DNA of 64,000 nucleotides from Haliotis rufescens (Eukaryota): positions 20,770,001 through 20,834,000 of the forward strand of contig NW_025964112.1 in NCBI RefSeq assembly GCF_023055435.1. The letters are read 5' to 3'. Positions 50,542 through 64,000 of the stretch are shown here, in pieces. The stretch's first letter is position 1, and the number at the start of each line of letters is the position of its first letter. The notes beneath the pieces were generated by a model. It had not been told where the DNA came from. It saw nothing but the letters and a program-made list of their open reading frames with translations, and made no database searches. Both the position numbers and the translations under genes were made by a program.

Positions 50542-53500
50542 CACGCTGACTCGATGGCACGCTGTCATAAAAGTCACAGAACGTTACAATCGATCCATTC
50601 AAACAAATTTATGAAACTACCACGTTTTGTGAAAGTAGGACTTAAGTGTTATTCGAAAGATACCATTTCCATTGAACAAACTACTAAGGTGGTGTGTGAC
50701 GCGGTACACGTGCAGTTAATGCTTTTCGTATATATGTCAATGCTTCTAGTCGACTTGACACATGTCTGGGAACAAGCCCTCAAACTCCGATGTTGTTATA
50801 CACTGCGGATTATGCAGGTTGAATCCCCGGGTTTGGCACTACGACAAGCAAAGTCTACCGGGGAACAGTTCTATTCCGGAAATCCCAGAATTCATGGAAC
50901 ATAGCGTTTGATGTAAGTAGGGAAAAAATATCATTTCTCTCGAGATCTCTTTGTTCAAGTCATTTCCTTGTTAGGCGTGTCGGGTCCATCTTGAAATCGG
51001 AAAGGAGCTGTCTTGGAGTCTTCTACGAAATTATTCGTCTGGGATTAGCTGTGCATCGTATTCAGTAGTACAACGAATGACCAATCCACGGTGTCGGAAA
51101 GTTGGTAGAATGAGATCGAGTGTACAGCAATGGTGTACCCTATCCTGATAAACGAATATTAGAAGAAAATCAACCCAATCGGTGTCGCAACAGCAAGTAA
51201 ACTATCCCCATTTATATAGGATAGGATCATAATCGGTAAAACGACACATCACTGCTCGGCATTCAACATTCAAAACACCTATTCAATGCACTTTATTTCC
51301 CTTGGGCACGCCAGGAATCCGATTATGTTTCTGAGTTCGTCAACACCATACCCCTGCTCGTTGGTTTCATCAAAGTGGCAAATGTCTGAGGCCTGCAACA
51401 TATCTGGCTTTCCTCCCACATATACTGTCCAAAGCAGTGTTAAACCCAGCTGACTCACTCACTCACTCACTAACATGTACATGTAATAAATATAATTCAA
51501 ATGAAGAAGGCAATTTGAAAGAGCGGTAGGCCTAATATCTTAACTTGGAATATTCATGTAAATTGTCTATCCACATCTGACCATGATAATCAAGACAACT
51601 TTGTCTGTACCCCGTACAAAATCAGGGATCGATTCAACACCTTGTTCTTTCCATGCATATCCATAGTCACACTTATAGGGTAATTTTTTAACTTTAAGTC
51701 CCCTACAGTCGATAAACCTTTTCTTCCAGCTTATATTATGATAGATGTTTGATGTTGGGGCAAAATTATATATGGATAACCCAAGTGGTTACATATGTTT
51801 AAAAATGCTTTCAATCAATCATTAATAAACATTTAATAAACTGTGCACAGAATGTATTTTCTACTAGTTACCGATTTGGAAACCATAATGCAGTGTCACA
51901 TATCACAATCATATGCATCAACAAAAATGTATGAACGTACACGCATATCTAAAAATCATATTGTCCATTCAAACTAGGTCATTCATCAACAGCTCCCTGT
52001 CAAGTATTTAGACTCTGCCGACAGGACCGACACGGTGAATGTCGTTCAAACATCATTCCTGGGGATTTTCATTTTCCTGGAAAGTCCACAGACGTGTAGC
52101 AGTCAAGCATGGTTGCGTGCATTGCCAACAGGTTTAGTGTTGTATTGACGTGTATTCACAAAGGATGGAGTTGGTTTAGCACAGCAGTTGAGGGGTTCTA
52201 TCTTCTGCCGCGCCATACAAAAAGACGTGGTATCTAAGTGTGCTAGCACTATAAATAGGCAGTCCGGACAATACAAGCAGCAACACACACACACACACCG
52301 AAAACCGGTTGTTTCAGATGCCATGTTCATTGGAACACTTTATATATGCTGTTAAGAAAAGAAATGGGGGGTTACCTAACGATGGTCTTCTATTTCCTTC
52401 AGCTTTCAGCCTGCTGTCAGCCTGTACAGGCTACTTCACACAAGATTAAATGCAGATATTGGTGTATAGCAACTATATTGTAGAAATTAAGCATCGTTGT
52501 GCATTCGCAAGATATTGTCTGTGAGATAAAGTGTTTCATTTCTATAAAAGATACACGAAGACTAGGGCAACATCAGCGTTATCTACTACCCGATTCAGCG
52601 AAGTAGCTTGTTTTTACCCGAAAAGGAGTGTTGGGGACTTATTTGAACACGATATATGAGCTCACAGTACAATCAGATGTAGAGTAGACATGTTATGGAT
52701 ACGTACTGCACAACAAGAAAATCGTCCAGGTGACATGTATTAGAAACATCATATTGTTAACGGTTACCTGTCTGTATATTCTATAGCTAAAGCAATACAG
52801 AATCATAAGCTATGTTTTCACATGAACGTAATATTGATTATCACAACTTTGTGTTGTGCTAAGCTTCGTCCTAGAAATTATTCGTTTGTTTGTGCAACTG
52901 TGTTGTTGAAATAAAACATTCAGCAAAATACATGTACCTGCAGTTGCAAACGGTCGCCATATAATTCATGATGTAACTTGAGGTACGTCAACAGATATGT
53001 GTATAACTAATTTCCTTCACTTTCTTTGCTAAATACATGATTTTGTATGCAGGTGCTACCAGTGTTGACATGAACTTTTAGGTTAACATTACTATTACAT
53101 TACTATTACCATAATGTATGTATTTCAAATACTTCTCCAACTGAACTCATAACCGTCCGATATATTATATAGTACCTATTTTGATTATTCACACCACTGA
53201 AAAATAAAATTTGAATCACTGAATCATCTTTGCAGTCAATACACAGCATGCGTTATGACTAAGGCTGTATACAAAGATGTGATTCAGTAGAAATCGTGTT
53301 TTCCAGGAATGGCATACCATATATGGGATTTGTAATGTGCACGAACAGGTTCGAGAGGTAATATATATGAAAGAGTTAGGCTGGGGCCGCGCAAAGCGTT
53401 ACCTGGTCTCACTGTGTGCAAGCTGGGTGGGTAGACGCTCATATCTCTACCTCTTTGATTTAACTATTGTTGAGTTTAGATTGACGTACATGTTACGTCT

Positions 53501-55099
53501 TCATTAGTGCACTGACAAATTTTTAGTATCATCAGATAAAGTGTAAACGTTGATATTTTATATATCATTACACTTTATCATCGCATTGACATGACATAGT
53601 CTGAATCGTGCAATGGACTTTGCTTTGAGCGCTGATATCTTATGATTTAAGAAAAGGTTTTGTGGTTGATATTTACATCTTGCTTTTCAAAAAGGATATG
53701 AAATGTGGAAACATTCGTTCTGTTAATCACAATAAGTCTATAAAATTGTGAAGAGGTGACACATTTCTGTTTTATTAAAGTTAGATTTCTGTCAGACGAA
53801 CCGGGAACAGACATTTGGAGGAATCTTCAAGACAAAAGTGAGTACCACATGTATACTTCTGTGTTTTTTTGTCATGTATTCAGGACAGTGTGTATATGTT
53901 TTAGATAACGATCCATTCCTAAATAATGCGCTCATATACACATACTTTGACTACTTTACAATTCCCCAAATCAACAGGTGAAACTGATATATATATGGCA
54001 GATATTCACACATAAACGATACGTAAAGCATGCATATAAATTATTTGTTACACAATAATAAACGAAATCAAAATTTTAAATAATTTAACACAACGCCAGA
54101 TAATAATCAGTGTCAAATATCTGCCTAAACAGATTCCATAAGGCGGTAAAGGCAAAGTGACGAAACCTTTACGAATATATATCACTGGAAATCAGTGATG
54201 ACCCCAGGTGATGCTCTACCGGTAGCATCCATACTAAACACTTTTCGTTACTAAAGTCAGCTCCAAAAAGTAGGGAGGTGTGAGAACTCTCTCTAACGGT
54301 CGTAGCACTGGACAGCCTCGCCTATTATGTTGACAAGCGACGAGTCATATCATGTCTACCACATAATTTCTGGAATGACCTAAAAGCTTAGTTGTAAGTA
54401 AATGTATCCTTCAGGGAAAATTGAATAGCATGTACATGGTCTGAAGCAATACGATGACATGCATCAGCCAAGTCAGCGAGCCTGACTACCCGATCCCGTT
54501 AGCCGCCTTTTACGACAAGCATAGGTTGCTGAAGACCTTTTCTCTACCCTGACCTTCACGGGTCAGTTACGAATATGTTCGAATTTAACGGTATGATCTA
54601 TTACATGACATACATAGAGGTTATGCACACTTCTCTTGCGTATGCATTTTATTTACCTTATTGATGTTTTGTCATGGGCTCAACTGTCATAAAAAACATT
54701 AGATGCATGGTGCCTTTGTATCGTAAAAATATGCTTTGGTTCCTAACGTCTTTTCTGCTAGTAAGTTGGTGGTTTATTTTTAATTTTTTTGACAAAACAA
54801 TGAATTAATCTAATGTGACACCGGTGCGTCAAAGGACCATATTATATCGTTGTGTATCTCACCGACCACGCAATTGTACACATGACTAATGGTTTGTGTC
54901 ACTGCATTCTCTAGGCATCGTGTTTCCAATGTGAAATCGTATAATGACATATTTGATGGTTTATGTGTTCCCAAACATTTGCAAGTTTCACCAAATTTAG
55001 GATATGCTACACAAAGTGGACCATATTGTACCTTGTCTTTTGCCGATAACTACATCCCCAACTTACCAGGATTCAAACCAATCTAAATGGTGATACTTT

Positions 55100-56473
55100 C
55101 ATAGGGCTTTTCCTGAATCTGGCTGCTCCCGCTGCCACCGCCGCCGCCGCCGCCGCCGCCGCCGCACATTGATTTTTAACCCAATGATATTACAATATGC
55201 ATATCTCCCTTTAGGGCCCTTGGTATGTTTTTAATACACTGATCAGTCATCCTCAAGGTAATATCCTTAAGAAAGGGGCGTTTAAACGATAACACATGAA
55301 GCATTCACTGTAGGACATTGAAACTTGCTACATGTCATTCCAAATCTGAAATGACAGTGAGTGACTTCAGTGAAAGGTAAAGGTCACAGTGAAGGTCATT
55401 CATGAAATATTGTTGCCGTGTTTACTCAAATGGCTTTCTTCTGCAGTATTATTACGTCTTGTGTATGCCGTGGTTATATTAATTTGATAACAATGACTGT
55501 TCTGATATCAGTATCACGGTGACCTATTTTCAATGAATAGTATATGCTATATTTTCGTTGTTACATTTAAACGTGGGACATCCTATTTTCTGTTATGAGG
55601 CTGTACTCCATTCAAATGTTATTTTTACAAACCGGATGGGAAGTTATCAAAACAATAATGCCTGTAACGTTCTTATTAATGTAATTGGGACTCTTTTTAA
55701 AAGATGTCTTCCATGAGACATGTGTCTTCCCAAACCGGAAGTAAAGTAATTAAACAAGGTGTACTTATATCGTTCTTATCAATGTACCTAGAGGCATTGG
55801 CGTTTTGCTTTAAAATCACACTGTCTATGACATGGGCTTTCAAGGACTGGAAGTTAAGTCATTAAACCGGATGTGCATATATCGTTCTCATCAATGAATT
55901 TAGATGCATTCGCATTGAAACCTTCTGTTTTAAAACCACACTGCAAATAACAGGTACAGTAAAGTACGGTTATAACGAACTCAAAGGGACTCCTATTTTA
56001 GTTCGTTATAACCGTAGTTCGTTATAAGCATATATACAGCATAACCACAGCAAATAGTCGGGACTAAAAAGTAAGTTCGTTATATCCGTCAGTTCGTTAT
56101 AAGCGTGTTCGTTATAACCGTAGTTTACTGTATGTTCAGAAACTAGGGCGGATATCATTCAACCGGAAGTGGGTATAAATGTATTTCAAACAGCCAGAGG
56201 AACAGGTTAAATAATTATCTGCATTGGGCTTGTGTTTCCCAAGCCAGAAATGATGTCATTTAACTGAAAGTGATGTCTTAAGAATGGAGATGGCTGTATA
56301 TTCACAATTGTATAAGCTAGAGGTGAGGTACTTTTAATATGATGTGGTGTTGCAGTAGGTCGGTAATGGTTTCACACTGGAAATGCGTGGTAGTATTGTG
56401 TGACATCTGGGGCCTTCTAGAAATGATGGGTGTGCTACCATTTGGAAAGTCCTTGCAATCAAGTTTTCTAGTT
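55100..56473 (+). mobile_element. HINE-like element (duplicate) with nested MITE at 55957-56130
   Basis: Copy of 26967-28324 with a longer (GCC)n run. Confidence 0.55.
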
Positions 56474-56799
56474 ATCTACATCATACAATGGACTAGTAAT
56501 TAAGAAGATTGTATTGTCCATTTGCCTGTACCTTTACGCTGTGTATCTTATGTCAAGTTTCAATGAGGGATCTCACACTGGCATGGCGGTAGTGTGAAGC
56601 AGACATCTTGATTTCATGTGGTAAGTTGTTTTAGACTAATTGCTACATGTTACATTTTTTAGCAATATCATCGCTTAAAACGTATTCGGTAACAATGAAT
56701 TAATTTGAAGAAATCCACATTAAGGAAGGAATAAATTTCTGAAGCTTCATCCGTCGAGCGAAAAACAATACTGACATTGTTACATTTTCTTGCAGGAGC

Positions 56800-59700
56800 A
56801 TGAACAACCAGGTGAAAATGGTTCTGCTTGGTCGTCATGGTTGCGGCAAAACTGCAGTGATAGAATCATTTCGTTGGACATCCATTACGCAGCCAACATC
56901 TTCGCTTTTGGCGGACAATGTTCATACAGTGACAAAGCATGACTCTAACATAAGCATTATTGAAACGACTGGGCTGTTTGCAGAAGGACAAGATAAAAAA
57001 GCAAATAAAATGAGACTTGCAGAATCGGTGTACACCTTCACACCAGGCCCTGATGCTTTTGGGCTTGTAGTTCGAATAGGTCGATTTACGCCAGAAGTGA
57101 GGACAATGATAGACACTCTTAGAGAAACGTTTGGTGAAGATATGTTCCGATTTACCGTCCTCATCTTTACAAGACTGGATGATCTCAAGTATGATGGCAT
57201 CACTCTGGAGAAATACCTACAAGAGAGTACACCAGAGCTGAAGAGTGTCCTTGATGCTTGTGGGGGAAGATACATCGGCTTTGACAACACAGGAACGTGG
57301 GAATCCAGAGCGGAGGATGCCGATAAACTTCTATCCATGTTGAAGAATCTCCAGAAGCAGAACAACAACATGGTCTATACAGTGGCCATGCTCGAGTACG
57401 CCACAAGGTGTCAACAGAAGAAAGAGGAAGAAGATCGGAATCAACAAGATGAGCGCAACCGAAATATTAAAGAAGAGTTGAAAAGTACCATGAGACAGGA
57501 ACTTGAAGAACAGATAAGAAGAGAGATGCAAGCTGAACTCACGTCAAACACTCAACAGACATGTATTACAACAGGATGTAGTATGTACACTTTCGTACAT
57601 TATACTGTTCTGGGCATGGATTCTCACCTTCGTGTTTAATATTATATTAATATTCAATATAATTATTTTTAGTTTAGTATTTAGTGAAATTGTGCAACTA
57701 TTTAATGGGTACGAGTAATATTTCTACAAATATATGAAATGAGATATGAACATCATATACTCTTCAAAAAAAGAAACGCAAAGCCGGATTTGTGTGAGGT
57801 AGAAAAATACATTTATACAAGGAACCGTACAAGGTATTGAGCCAAAATGTTGTGGAGAGAACACTTAGTGATTGTAGTCATCTCAGTTATCGGTACCGGT
57901 AGGAAAAGTCCAAGGTGAAGGTCAACTACTATCAATAGTATCGATAGCGGCCTGACATCTCCTGCATAATGGAAGAAACGAGTATTCCTGGGGAATGGTA
58001 GCCCAATCGGCCTGCTACGCAAAACCCAACTGCTGCAACGTCAGGGGTTGTGGTTGACGTCGGCGTAGCCGTCTATCCAATTCATCCCACGGGTGCTTTA
58101 TCGGGTTCAAATCCGGGGATCTGGAGGGCCAGGGGAGAACATCAACGTTGTTGTGTAGGCAGGTTCTTGTGATCCGTGCTGTATGCGGTTGAGCGTTGTC
58201 CTGATGGAATACAGCGTTGCCGTTGGCTGCAATTGGGAGGACGTGTGGTAGGAGAATATCGTTGATGTATCGTTGAGCCGTAAGATTGCCCTGTATATGG
58301 ACCATACCTGCCCTGCCATGATGAGAGATTACCGCTCGCATCATAACGCTACCCACATCAAATCTGTCCACTACCTGTACGCAGTTTCCGGCGTAACGTT
58401 CTTCCCAACGTCTGTAGACCCGTGCTCTTCGATCCCGTCTACGGAGGAGAAATCTTGACTCGTCGCTGGACCAGACATCTCCTCATCGCAGTTGACGACA
58501 CCAATGCAGTCGTTGTTGACGATGTTGTCCACTCATGGGATGCGGTTGAGGTGGCTGTGGTCGTCCTTTCACGTAGGTGGCGCAGTCGGATGTAGCGATG
58601 TTGGGCAGGGATGGTTACTCTTGGTCGTCCCGACCTTGGCCGATCACGTGTTGACCAATGCTGTTGAAACCAATCCCATATCCTTGTGATGGTGCTGGGC
58701 GCTACATTGAAAGCCCTAGCTACAGCTGATCGGGATTCCCCTGCCTGCAAGCGGCCTATGACGTTGTTTCTTTGCACTTCTGTTAATCTTGGCATGTTGT
58801 TGAATTGTCACTGTTCTATTGACGCAGATGCCAGGCAATCAAAAACCCTGCAATTTAATACCGTTCATAGTGCTTCTGCATGTGCACTGGTGCGTTTTTC
58901 CGAACCGTACGTGTTTCCCGACCAATGGTTTGCATGTCCTTGCTATGATCATTTTGATCCGGGACATTTTCACTGACACTTTAACGGATGACCAAACATA
59001 TCCGTTTTGCGTTTCTTTTTTTTAAGAGTATATTTCATTTTAAATGTTCATTATTTTGTTGTCAAATTTGTTTTATATAACAGAACGTATCACCTTCTTT
59101 TTGTGTTGTAATCATAGAGCCACGCAAACTCCAAACACAAATATATACCAGACAGACTGTTGAATCGGGGGACAAGTTCAATGAGAGAATACCAAAAAAA
59201 GGTAAACTTTTTCTTGAATATTTTAGTTTCCTACCCACTGACAAAATCTATTAAGTGCTCTTCATTCTTTTAGACATTATGCACGGCATGCGTCATACAT
59301 TTGTAAGTCTCAAGTACTCTTTAACATATACCTTATTTCCAGGTGCTAATCGATCCAAACACGAAAGAGGACCAAGGCCGGAGTTGAAGCCAAAGCCTAC
59401 AACTCGAAAAGTGCAAGAAAATATCATTTCCCGAGACACTCATGAGCAAGATGCTGGTATGTGTTAAATGCAGTGTTGCATAATCAGAAATCTCGTAAAC
59501 GTTTACCATGGCAGAGATATGTTCTGTGTGATCTTTGATTCCACAATTCAGCTGTAAGGGTTAAATAAGTAAATATAATCATGTTGTGTCGTAAATGTAT
59601 GAGTGAGTGAGTGAGTATACGTGTGCGTGTGCGAATAATAGATTGTAAATTACTAATTACTGTTCAATTGACTTGGCAATCATTAATATATCTTATATTT

Positions 59701-59828
59701 GTTTGTTTGTAGCTCAAAACGAAAGACATGCAACTGTAGACGACACCAGTGGAAATGATGCCAAACCAAAACGAAGCGGGCTGATTGCAAGAATGCTTCA
59801 TTTTTGGGAGTCTTTTCGCCCAAAATAA
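56800..59828 (+). CDS. GIMAP: GIMAP/AIG1-family GTPase A, copy 2; exons 56796-57580, 59343-59456, 59713-59828
   Basis: Same structure as copy 1, splice sites intact, five amino-acid differences seen. Confidence 0.88.
57758..59030 (-). mobile_element. Tc1 transposon (duplicate)
   Basis: Same TIRs and lesions as 29609-30881, but CAG where copy 1 has TAG. Confidence 0.95.
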
Positions 59829-60087
59829 AACTTTGCGTCAGACGGTATTAATGTGATTAGAACATTTGGTTACATGTCTGATATTTTGTCATGATCCGCA
59901 GATACAGCAAAATCATGTTTATAAGGCACACATAGTGCAACTATTACATCATGAAAGACTGCTTAATATGCCTATCATAGGCACATTATGTCAAGTTTCG
60001 AATAAAAGTAAACAGAGAAATAAAATTGTATGAATCAATGTATAACAAAAATCTTTTACTTTGCAAGCATTGTCAAAACACAAAATA

Positions 60088-60236
60088 AGTGAGTGAGTGA
60101 GTGAGTGAGTGAGTGAGTGAGTGAGTGAGTGAGTGAGTGAGTTTGATTTTACGCCGCTTTTAGCATTATTCCAGCAATATCACGGCGGGGGACACCAGAA
60201 ATGGGCTTCACACATTGTACCCATGTAACCCGGGAC
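60088..60236 (-). mobile_element. SINE family 1, truncated (duplicate)
   Basis: Copy of 31940-32087. Confidence 0.85.
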
Positions 60237-60479
60237 TTGGAAATTATGGAAATGGTTTTGTCGCTTATATTTGCTTCAACTCAAACCAGACATAAATGCA
60301 TTGTCTGAAGCAACACTATTATGACCCTAAGTGCAGAAGCAGAACAACCTTAACGAATGATCATTCTAGTGCCATTGACATTCCTTGAGTGTCGTTCAAA
60401 ACCTTGTCCGCTCTAAGGATGATATTACCTAATTTTATTACGGTAATACCTAATTCTATGAAAAAGATGATATTACCTA

Positions 60480-61411
60480 ATTCTATGAAAACAAATGCCA
60501 TCCGAGGTTTACTGAGAAAACAATATGTGAAATGCTGGAAATCTTCGTAAAATTGATATCATCCACGTAAAATTTGGGGTAAGATATTTAGGCAAGAAGC
60601 AGGCATCCCCATTGGCACCAAGTGTGGCCCCCTTCTTTGCTGGTCTATTTCTTTATGCATATGAATCCGAATTTCTGTTCGGATTGGCAAAGTCAAAACA
60701 AGGTAATTTGGCCAAGAAGTTTTACTTAAGCTTCAGGTACGTCGATGAACTCATATCGTTAAATAACCATCAAATAGCCAATTCCCTTCCACTGATCTAC
60801 CCACCTGAACTAGAAACAAAGGAGACCAGTGAGACCGCATAACGATTCAGAGTGACAAAACACTCTCCACAAGACTGTATGACAAGAGGGATGACTTCAA
60901 CTTTCCAAAGTCAACTTTCCCTTCATGTCGAGCATTATTCCAGCAGCTCCAGCCTGTTTACATTTCACAGCTTTTGAGATACAATCGAGCATGCTCTTTC
61001 TACCAAGAGTTCAAAGAGCGTCATACGACTCTTGCTAAGAAGTTGTTTGATCAATGTTACACAACATTCAAGTTTTCAAAACGTTTTATGGTAGACATGT
61101 GGACATTTCCAAGTTTGACGCATCAGTGACAAAAATGATGTCCGATGCAATTCCCTATTTTGACTCGTACCATATGTTCCCATGGGGTTTTTTTCAGGTG
61201 AACAATTGACTCGCCTTTGCATGTGTTTATGACGGGTGGTACAGGTTGGGCATGATTCGCTCACCTTTTCGCGGCCACCTGGTATCAGCACTACATGTAT
61301 TTGATAGCGATTCTTAAACACACTCACATGATATAGTTGGAATCGTACAATCGACTCTGCTTTATGCAGAGATTTCTATTAGTTATGGAAAGGATTTTGT
61401 CGCTTTATTTA
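60480..61411 (+). mobile_element. Penelope-like RT remnant (duplicate)
   Basis: Copy of 32330-33262. Confidence 0.75.
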
Positions 61412-62329
61412 ATTATTCTATAGTAAACACTTCTTGAGTTACCACAAACATAATGCATGTTTGAGTAAGTTTGACCTTCAATACCAGTGACAAGTATTTC
61501 AAGAACACATCAACGGGCTATCAAGCAATTAAACCAAATATGACGTCCCGAGGAGTTGAGGTCACCATGACACACTACCGTCAGATCACAGCTAACGGCC
61601 ATGATCTAATTAGGAGATTTAGCTTGTATGTTTTTATTTATTTTGGATTCGCACTGAAGATTAGATATCTTTTTTTAATTTGGAGCCCAGTGCTTTAGCT
61701 AAAAGGAGGTATCTTGTCTACAGTGGGACGACATCAAATTTCAAAACCTAGTAGTTCTATCTCCATTTTACTATGACGGAAAGAATGATTTCAAAACGGT
61801 AGTCTTTGTGGAATGAGTAATTACATATGGGTACATAGGTCAGCGATCTTCGATGGTTCGGAAAAGGGGTCACAGGTAGTGATAAATTTGAAAAATATTA
61901 CTCAAGTTCAATATTATCTTCTTAAAATATTAAGGGGTTTTCAAAACGAATTTATGAAATATCAATCCATCGAAATATTTTAATTTTCAACGCAACCTGT
62001 TGGATATTTGTACTGCTTGACGACTCAACCAAGTCTTTCTTGGACATCGACGTCAGAAGTCAATTCTTGGAAATCAATAAAACATTCCCACTGTAGGGGT
62101 GACAAAAAGAAAAATTCAACTTTGTTAAATCAGTATTTGTGGGATTATTTAAGTTGTACTTTTGTAGCAGTTGGTTGAAATATCTCGCCAGCAGTAATTT
62201 ATTTACGAATGAGTGTCTCTCCATTCCCGACTTGACCTGAATACAAAAGTACAAAGTCGCACCATTTTAGTCCTTTGACACACATTTGTCCCTGAAATGA
62301 TAATAAATTTTAATTTTGGTTATTAATTT

Positions 62330-62592
62330 GTTTGCTTGTTTGTTGTTTAACGCCGAACTCAGCAACATTCCTGCTATATGACGGCGGTCTGTAAATAATC
62401 GAGTTTGGGCCAGACAGTCCAGTGAGTGACATCATGAGCATCGATCCACACAAATGGGATACGATGACATACATCAACCAAATCAGCGGGCCTGGCCACC
62501 CGATCCCGTTTGTCGCCTCTTACAAGCAAAGTCGCCTCTTAAGGCAAGCATGAGTTGCTGAAGCCCTATTCTACCCGGGATCCTCACGGGTC
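62330..62592 (-). mobile_element. SINE family 2, full length
   Basis: Minus strand runs from CCCGTGAGGATCCCGGGTAGAAT to an AAAC-rich tail. Confidence 0.85.
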
Positions 62593-63332
62593 GGTTATTG
62601 ATTTATCATGTTTACTGTTAATTATTGATTTGAGTCCCTTTATGTTCTTAGAGATGTTTATTACTATTAGCCAAAGTAGGCAGCCTAAAAAACTATATTG
62701 ATTGATTGATCTCTACCATAAGATTTATAACATTTTTAGCAGTGTAAATGGCAGCACAAGGATGGAAATTGTTTACAATGAATTTGATCAATTAAGAACA
62801 AAATTTAAAGTTTAAATAATTTAACTATTGATACTACAGCATCTAAAATAAGATGAAATAAGGATATAAGGAAATGAGTGTCTTGGATCTTGAGGACAAT
62901 TCTGAGAGTTATTTTTAGCGATTTTGAGTTAATCCTTTTGTAATTTTGGAGAATCTATCATCGTGAATGCTAATCATATAAATGCATTATTGAAATACAT
63001 AATTCAGAATAAAGCCGAAATAATGGTAGTTTAAATTGTCTTTTATCTAAAGTTTTGTGCCAAAATGGCATTTTCAGTGCGATTGTTTTACAGGCATATC
63101 GAATACGTTCTTGAAATATTAAACTTCATAGCTTAAAGAAGATTGAGTAGTAAAATTATCTTTCAAGCTTGTCAATGAAGGGAGATAACTTTGAGCTCAT
63201 GCAATATACATGCACGTGTGGTAAATCCTTTTGAATGATTTTGCACATCGGTCGCTTCTTGCGAGCAACAGTCACCAAAGATGTCCAGACTTTGAGTGTT
63301 TGTGACGAAAGTTATTTATTTTTTTATTTCAG

Positions 63333-63434
63333 TGTGGGTATGTGCAACCTGTTATCATAACAACGATGCCGCCAATGACAGTTGTCAAGGATGTGGAACA
63401 TCCAAATTGATGAGGAAGAGAATTGTGAAAAGGG
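63333..63434 (+). CDS. GIMAP: RanBP2-type zinc-finger exon of a second GIMAP-B copy (rest expected beyond the window)
   Basis: Copy of 35036-35137 with one T->M change; splice sites intact. Confidence 0.75.
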
Positions 63435-64000
63435 GTATGAACATCTCTCTTACCAGAATAGTCACGTTTAGCCTTCCCAAAGACAGTTGATTATTTTGAT
63501 TACCGATTTTGATTTCAAACATTTTGCATAGCATTACCACTTAGTGCCAAACATGCTTTAATCTTATGTTTGGACATAAGTTTGCAGTAGGTAGTATTCA
63601 CATGTATGGATGTGAATTGTGAATTCTTTTCTGCGGATAAACAATACAAAAGTGTTCGACTCAAGAACACTTAACAGTAGGTACTTGTTGAAGTATATAT
63701 CAGAACATATAATAGGCAACAAATACAGTAAGTTTTACTTTCTTTGAGGATACATTCATAACGCAAAATAGTGCGTTGCTCAAACACACCATGCTTCGGG
63801 GAATTTGCCTGCTGCACGTACTTCACGTACTTCATGTAGTATATTTAGTGCAAAAGTTCATATCGTTTTCCAGTCATATAAGTCTTATAAAAGACGCGTT
63901 TGAGTGTCTGTGTATTAACTCGCATAGTCATGTCAAGAAGGGGACACGTTATTAGTCTTTTCTTGATGACAGTATCTTTTTACAACACTTTGACATGGCT

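Larger units (their letters stand above)
51428..64000 (+). repeat. Segmental duplication unit 2, running off the window
   Basis: Colinear with 21576-35703. Confidence 0.95.

Overview
Repeat-rich animal genomic DNA. The SINE, Penelope-like and HINE content suggests a gastropod mollusc such as abalone (inference). The window holds an immune-type gene cluster that the ORF track largely misses because the genes are spliced. (1) A five-coding-exon minus-strand gene (7565->4220) reconstructed by hand encodes a 208-aa precursor: signal peptide, BRICHOS domain, furin site RHKR, then a 37-aa cationic, aromatic, Cys-containing C-terminal peptide (GFFFKWRPIRKCISQFARRVTSGVVFDPCNTDVTVVC). This is the layout of BRICHOS-type antimicrobial peptide precursors. 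(2) A tandemly duplicated pair of GIMAP/AIG1 GTPase genes: GIMAP-A (28651-31679, copy at 56800-59828) has degenerate G2/G3 motifs; GIMAP-B (35036-39290, partial copy from 63333) has a RanBP2-type zinc-finger exon and a Pro-rich exon spliced in frame to the GTPase. The last 25 codons of GIMAP-B are amplified as a 101-bp tandem array. Segments 1-978 and 21576-~35700 recur at 48959-49936 and ~51428-64000, but the 20.6-kb block carrying the BRICHOS gene is absent from the second unit. The rest is transposon-derived: a near-intact CR1/L2-group LINE, LINE fragments, dead Tc1 elements, hAT/Tc1/Transib-like MITEs, HINE-like elements, Penelope-like remnants and two SINE families. There are two N gaps. 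All gene models are read from splice signals and frame continuity and have no transcript support here.
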